64,000 bases of DNA, from NCBI GenBank assembly GCA_965203805.1, contig OZ241917.1, forward strand, positions 3,328,001 through 3,392,000, given 5' to 3'. Numbering within the stretch: position 1 is the first letter of the stretch; every line of letters starts with the position of its first letter. The position numbers and the translations under genes are program-made. Positions 59,727 through 64,000 of this stretch are shown in pieces. A model generated the notes under the pieces. The model was not told the DNA's origin and searched no databases. It saw only the letters and a list, made by a program, of their open reading frames with translations. Origin of the DNA: Candidatus Latescibacterota bacterium. Its GTDB lineage: Bacteria > Latescibacterota > UBA2968 > GCA-2709665.

Positions 59727-61172
59727 ATGGGCGGAAAGTCACCGGTCAGAAGGATCGCGGGCAACACCGCGGTCCAGGTCTTCGGACGGACCATCGAATT
59801 CGCAATCTTCCTGTTCCTTGCCCATTACCTGGACCTGAAGGCGTTCGGCGCGTATTCGTTCATCCTGGCCAACCTCATGTTGTGGAGCGTCCTCACGGAC
59901 GCGGGCGCGTATAACGTCCTGGTCAGAGAAAGCGCGACGGGCGATGATCCCGATCGACTCCTGGGCAACGCCCTTTCAATCGGACTGATCGGATGCGTTG
60001 CCGCCATTCTGACGTCCAACGCCTATCTCTACCTTTCCGGCCAGGGCCCGGAAACCCTCATCCCCGCGCTCATCGCCTCGCTTACCCTGTTCGTATCGCC
60101 GCGGCTGAACGCGTTTCGCAGGATGCTGCAGGTCCGGTTTCAGGCCGAACTCCAAATGGGATACGTGGTGGCGTGGAATACCGTCTCCCACCTCCTCATG
60201 GCCGGCCTGCTGGTGGCTGTTGTCCTCAATCAGGGCTTTCTGACCGCCATCTTCTGTGCGCTCATCGCCGCCGAGCTTCTGTCATTCGCCGGCCTCTGTC
60301 TCACACACCGGCGTCTTTTCAGTCTTCCCCGTATCCGGTTCGACGCGCGGATCATAAGACCTCTGCTGCGGCAGAGCATTCCGCTCATGCTGGCCTCGGT
60401 CTGTGTCACCGTGTATGACAAGATCGGCGTGATGCTGCTCGAGTCCATCGTGAACAAGGAGGCCGTGGGCCTCTATAACATGGCGGCGCGAATCCCGGAC
60501 AGCCTGCCCTTTCTCGCTTCGATATTCATCGCCAATGTCTTCCCCGTGATGATGAGACACAGGGAGACCGATCCGGTTGCCTTCGAGAGAATCTACCGCC
60601 GCAGCGCGCGGTACCTGATGCTCTTTATCGTCCCCGTCGCCGGCTTCTGCACCGTGGCTTCGGGCGACATCCTGAACCTGCTCTTTCCGGGCCGGATTCC
60701 CGAAGCCATGTTCGGCCACGCCAGCGGGACGCTCGTCCTGCTCATCTGGGCCATGGTCTTCAAATACATGGGCACGGCCCTGAGCTTTCTGGTCGTGGCC
60801 GTGGGCGAGGAAAAACGCCGGCTCTGGTGCCTGGCCACGGCGGCGCTGCTCGGCGTTCTTCTGAACATTGCGCTCATCCCCGGCCACCACGTCCTCGGAT
60901 CGGCGACGGCCGTGCTGATCGGGTCCGTCGCGTATCCCGTTGCGGGGCTGTTCTTCGCACCGCTGCGAAGATACGCGGTCATGGCCGGCGCCGGCGCTGG
61001 CAAACCGCTGCTGGCGACCGCTCTGACGGCGGCCTGCGTCGCGCTCGTCACCGATCACCTCGTTTTCGGCGCCATTGCGGGGGTAATCGTCTACGGCGCG
61101 CTGATCCTGCTCCTCAAAGGCGTCACACGGGAAGACATGGCCCTGCTCAGGGAACTGAAGAAAGCAGGTTAG
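59727..61172 (+). CDS. Wzx/MOP-family flippase
   Basis: RRIAGNT, FGAYSF, TDAG, YDKIG.MLL, AVGLYNMA, LNIALIP; about 12-14 TM. Confidence 0.9.
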   Translation: MGGKSPVRRIAGNTAVQVFGRTIEFAIFLFLAHYLDLKAFGAYSFILANLMLWSVLTDAGAYNVLVRESATGDDPDRLLGNALSIGLIGCVAAILTSNAYLYLSGQGPETLIPALIASLTLFVSPRLNAFRRMLQVRFQAELQMGYVVAWNTVSHLLMAGLLVAVVLNQGFLTAIFCALIAAELLSFAGLCLTHRRLFSLPRIRFDARIIRPLLRQSIPLMLASVCVTVYDKIGVMLLESIVNKEAVGLYNMAARIPDSLPFLASIFIANVFPVMMRHRETDPVAFERIYRRSARYLMLFIVPVAGFCTVASGDILNLLFPGRIPEAMFGHASGTLVLLIWAMVFKYMGTALSFLVVAVGEEKRRLWCLATAALLGVLLNIALIPGHHVLGSATAVLIGSVAYPVAGLFFAPLRRYAVMAGAGAGKPLLATALTAACVALVTDHLVFGAIAGVIVYGALILLLKGVTREDMALLRELKKAG

Positions 61173-61174
61173 AC

Positions 61175-62790
61175 GGGAGCGAGAACGAAAATCAACTCAC
61201 ACGGAGACACAAAGACACAAAGAAAACCGAACCAGAAACCAGCAGTCAGCGGTCAGCGGTCGGCAGTCAGCCAAGAGCGAACCACCCCCAGCCCCGCAGA
61301 CCTCTCCCCCCTGCCCCCTCTCCCGGGGGGAGAGGGGGAGAAAAAGGCAGCCGTCAGCTTGAAGCGAAAGGCGAAAACCAGCTCACACAAAGACACGAAG
61401 ACACAAAGAAAACCTAACCAGAAACCAGCAGTCAGCATTCGGCTGTCAGCTTGAAGCAAGAGCGCCCTCACCCCCAACTCCGCAGACCTCTCCCCCCTGC
61501 CTGCCGAAAAACCACCGCCAGGCAGGGACCCTCTCCTATAAGGAAAGGGTAACGAACGCCACGCGATAGGATCCTGCTTTCCTTCTTCCTTATAGGAAGG
61601 GGGTAGGGGGAAGGTCTGAAAGGCGGGGAGAGGGGAGACGTAAGACGGGAGATACCGTGAGTGCTCTATGGTCTTTCCAGTCGTTACGATAACGGTAAAT
61701 AAACAGGCACGGTTTATGTAGAATCACTGCTGTGAATGTCTTCATCTACCGTCTACCCTCTTACGTCTACCCGCTTTTACGCAGACCTCTCCCCCCAACC
61801 CCCTCTCCCGGGGGGAGAGGGGGTGAAAAGACAGGCATCGCGTGCCGGTCATCTATAGATACTCTGATGGACAGGAAATCGCCACCCGGCACACTTGCAT
61901 GCCCGGTCCATCGACCCATCGCCGTTCCCCCTTCCTCACAGGAAGGGGGTTAGGGGGAAGGTCTGAAAGGCGGGGAGACGTAAGACGGGAGATACCGTGA
62001 GTGCCTGAAAGGCGGGGAGACGTAAGACGGGAGATATTGTGTGCCCTGTACGGTTTCATCTCTTGCCGCAGGCATAAAGTAAGATCCAATCAGGCAAGGA
62101 CCTCATCTAACGTCTAACCTCTACCCTCTCACCGCTTTTACGCGACCTCTCCCCCCAACCCCCTCTCCCGGGGGGAGAGGGGGAGACAAGACAGGCATCG
62201 CGTGCCGGTCATCTATAGATACTCTGATAGACAGGAATTCGCCAGCCGGCACACTTGCATGCCCGGTCCATCGACCCATCGCCGTTCCCCCTTCCTCACA
62301 GGAAGGGGGTTAGGGGGAAGGTTGGTGGTGAGGAGAGGGGGAGAAAAGACAGGCATCGCGTGCCGGTCATCTATAGATACTCTGATAGACAGGAATTCGC
62401 CAGCCGGCACATTTGCATGCCCGGTCCATCGACCCATCGCCGTTCCCCCTTCCTCACAGGAAGGGGGATAGGGGGTAGGTCTGAAAGGCGGGGAGACGTG
62501 AGATGATATCAGTGCTCTATGGTCTTTCCAGTCGTTACGATAACGGTAAATATACAGGCACGGTTAGCGCGAAAACACTGAGGTAACGCTATCATCTACC
62601 GTCTAACCGCTTTCAGGTTTTCATTTTTCCTTTTTCCTTCTTCATTTTTCCTTTTTCTTCCTCCCGTCTACCCTCTTACGTCTCACCGCTTTTATTGCCC
62701 CGTGAAGTTTCATATCTTGCCAGAGGCATTAAGCGAGAACCAATCGGGCAAGGACGTCATCTACCGTCTACCGGCTCACGTCTCACCGCT
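61175..62790 (+). repeat. Modular REP-like cassette 10
   Basis: Cores at 61842, 62202, 62360; the modules seen in other cassettes recur here. Confidence 0.93.
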
Positions 62791-62801
62791 AGGGAGAAAC
62801 C

Positions 62802-63530
62802 ATGGAATCTATTTCATCCGCGCCGCGTGCCGCGGACCCCGTCGCCGACACGTTCAATCGCGACGGGTTCTACATCGCGAAGGGGCTCTATCGCCCTGAG
62901 GAGATGCTGGACTGGAAAGCGCGCGTGATCCGGATCCTCGAAGCGGGCGGTCACATCAGCAAGGACCCGAAGGGAAGCGGCGTCCACGTATTCATGGCGG
63001 ATGTACTGAACCCCTTTTTCAGCGATCGGATGCAGGATTCGTGCGTCGTATCCATTCTCAAACGGATCATTGGTCCGAACGTGGAATTCCTGAGCGTGAA
63101 GTCGGTCTACAAGAACAAATTCACCACGTTCGGATCGCCCTGGCACCAGGACTGGTACTACTGGAAAGGCGCGACCAAGATCTCCGTGTGGATCGCGCTG
63201 GACGACGCCACGCCCGAGAACGGCTGCCTGAAGATGATCGCCGGCAGCCACGTCAAGCGATTCAAGGTGAAACAGGTCAGGGCGGAAAACGGCTTCGGGT
63301 GGCGCATCGGAAATGAAGAGTTCGCGGGGCTCCCCGAGACCACGTTCGCCGTGAACCGGGGCGATGCGGTTTTCTTTCACGACCAGACCCTGCACAGTTC
63401 CTATCCGAACACCACAGGCGCGGACCGCTGGAGCTTTATTTCCACCTACCGGGATGCGTCCGTGCGGGACGAATCCACGGTCTGGAAACATCCGATGGTT
63501 GTCGCCGGCGAGAGCGTGAACGTTGGTTGA
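62802..63530 (+). CDS. Phytanoyl-CoA dioxygenase (PhyH) family protein
   Basis: FNRDGF, PWHQDWYYW, VWIALDDATPENGCL..AGSH, GDAVFFH..TLHSS.PN...R. Confidence 0.92.
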   Translation: MESISSAPRAADPVADTFNRDGFYIAKGLYRPEEMLDWKARVIRILEAGGHISKDPKGSGVHVFMADVLNPFFSDRMQDSCVVSILKRIIGPNVEFLSVKSVYKNKFTTFGSPWHQDWYYWKGATKISVWIALDDATPENGCLKMIAGSHVKRFKVKQVRAENGFGWRIGNEEFAGLPETTFAVNRGDAVFFHDQTLHSSYPNTTGADRWSFISTYRDASVRDESTVWKHPMVVAGESVNVG

Positions 63531-63563
63531 ACCGGACAGCGGATGAGGACGTCGAGGGCGCAG

Positions 63564-63860
63564 ACGTGCCGCCTCTCAGGTATCGACACGTAAAAGCCGT
63601 GAGGTGATGGTCCGATGCTGCGGTAGATCCTTCGTCAGCCTGCCTGCCGATGAATCTCCGGCAGGCAAGGCGGCTTCCTCTGGATGACAGGTTTGGGCAA
63701 TGGTGTGATTGATACACTTCCTCAATGGTTATTGCTAAACATGTCATTCTGAGCGAAGCGAAGAATCTCCCGTCTTCTGGGCTTGACTTACAGCGAAAGC
63801 CTTCGCCGACCCGTATGCGCGGAGGCATGGTCTCCCTCGCGCCGCCTCAGCATGACAATC
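63564..63860 (+). repeat. Third copy of the GTCATTCTGAGC/AGATCCTTCG repeat family
   Basis: CGTGCCGCCTCTCAGGTATCGACACGTAAAAGCCG...GGATGACAGG and GTCATTCTGAGCGAAGCGAAGAATCTCCCGTCTTCT match 46000-46745. Confidence 0.88.
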
Positions 63861-64000
63861 AGGGGGAAGGTGTGACGGAACCATTTCGCGGTTCAATAAT
63901 GAGAGACGTTTATTGAACATCTCCACACGTGGTCATTGCTTGTGCTGAGCCTGCCGAAGTAAGCTTGTCGAAATGCCCGTATTCAGGTAGCCCAATTCAC

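Overview
GC-rich bacterial chromosome segment. Secreted proteins ending in 'PNPFNP' FlgD-Ig/T9SS-like tails and carrying cohesin/dockerin-like modules suggest an FCB-group lineage such as Latescibacterota (inference only). Core genes: three large secreted surface proteins, a DUF151 nuclease, ispE-tRNA-Gln-rplY-pth-hppA-rpsF-rpsR-rplI, a TPR protein plus sigma-54 activator, DegQ, a phosphoesterase-uvrC-ogt-xerD-GHMP kinase-GT2-GT-C run, hisGDCB followed by a glycan cluster, a PhyH dioxygenase, and one intact IS with inverted repeats and a 6-bp target duplication. The outstanding feature is non-coding: about 13 kb (~20%, hand estimate) is modular palindromic intergenic cassettes that point the same way on the + strand whatever the direction of neighbouring genes. 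They are built from an inverted pair of REP-like hairpins enclosing interchangeable cargo. Two diverged DUF559 (Vsr-like) endonuclease genes sit in the same slot between these hairpins, one next to a 7 x ~159-bp tandem array. This is the best candidate for an undescribed nuclease-plus-REP (REPIN-like) selfish system. All calls come from reading the sequence by eye; no searches were run.
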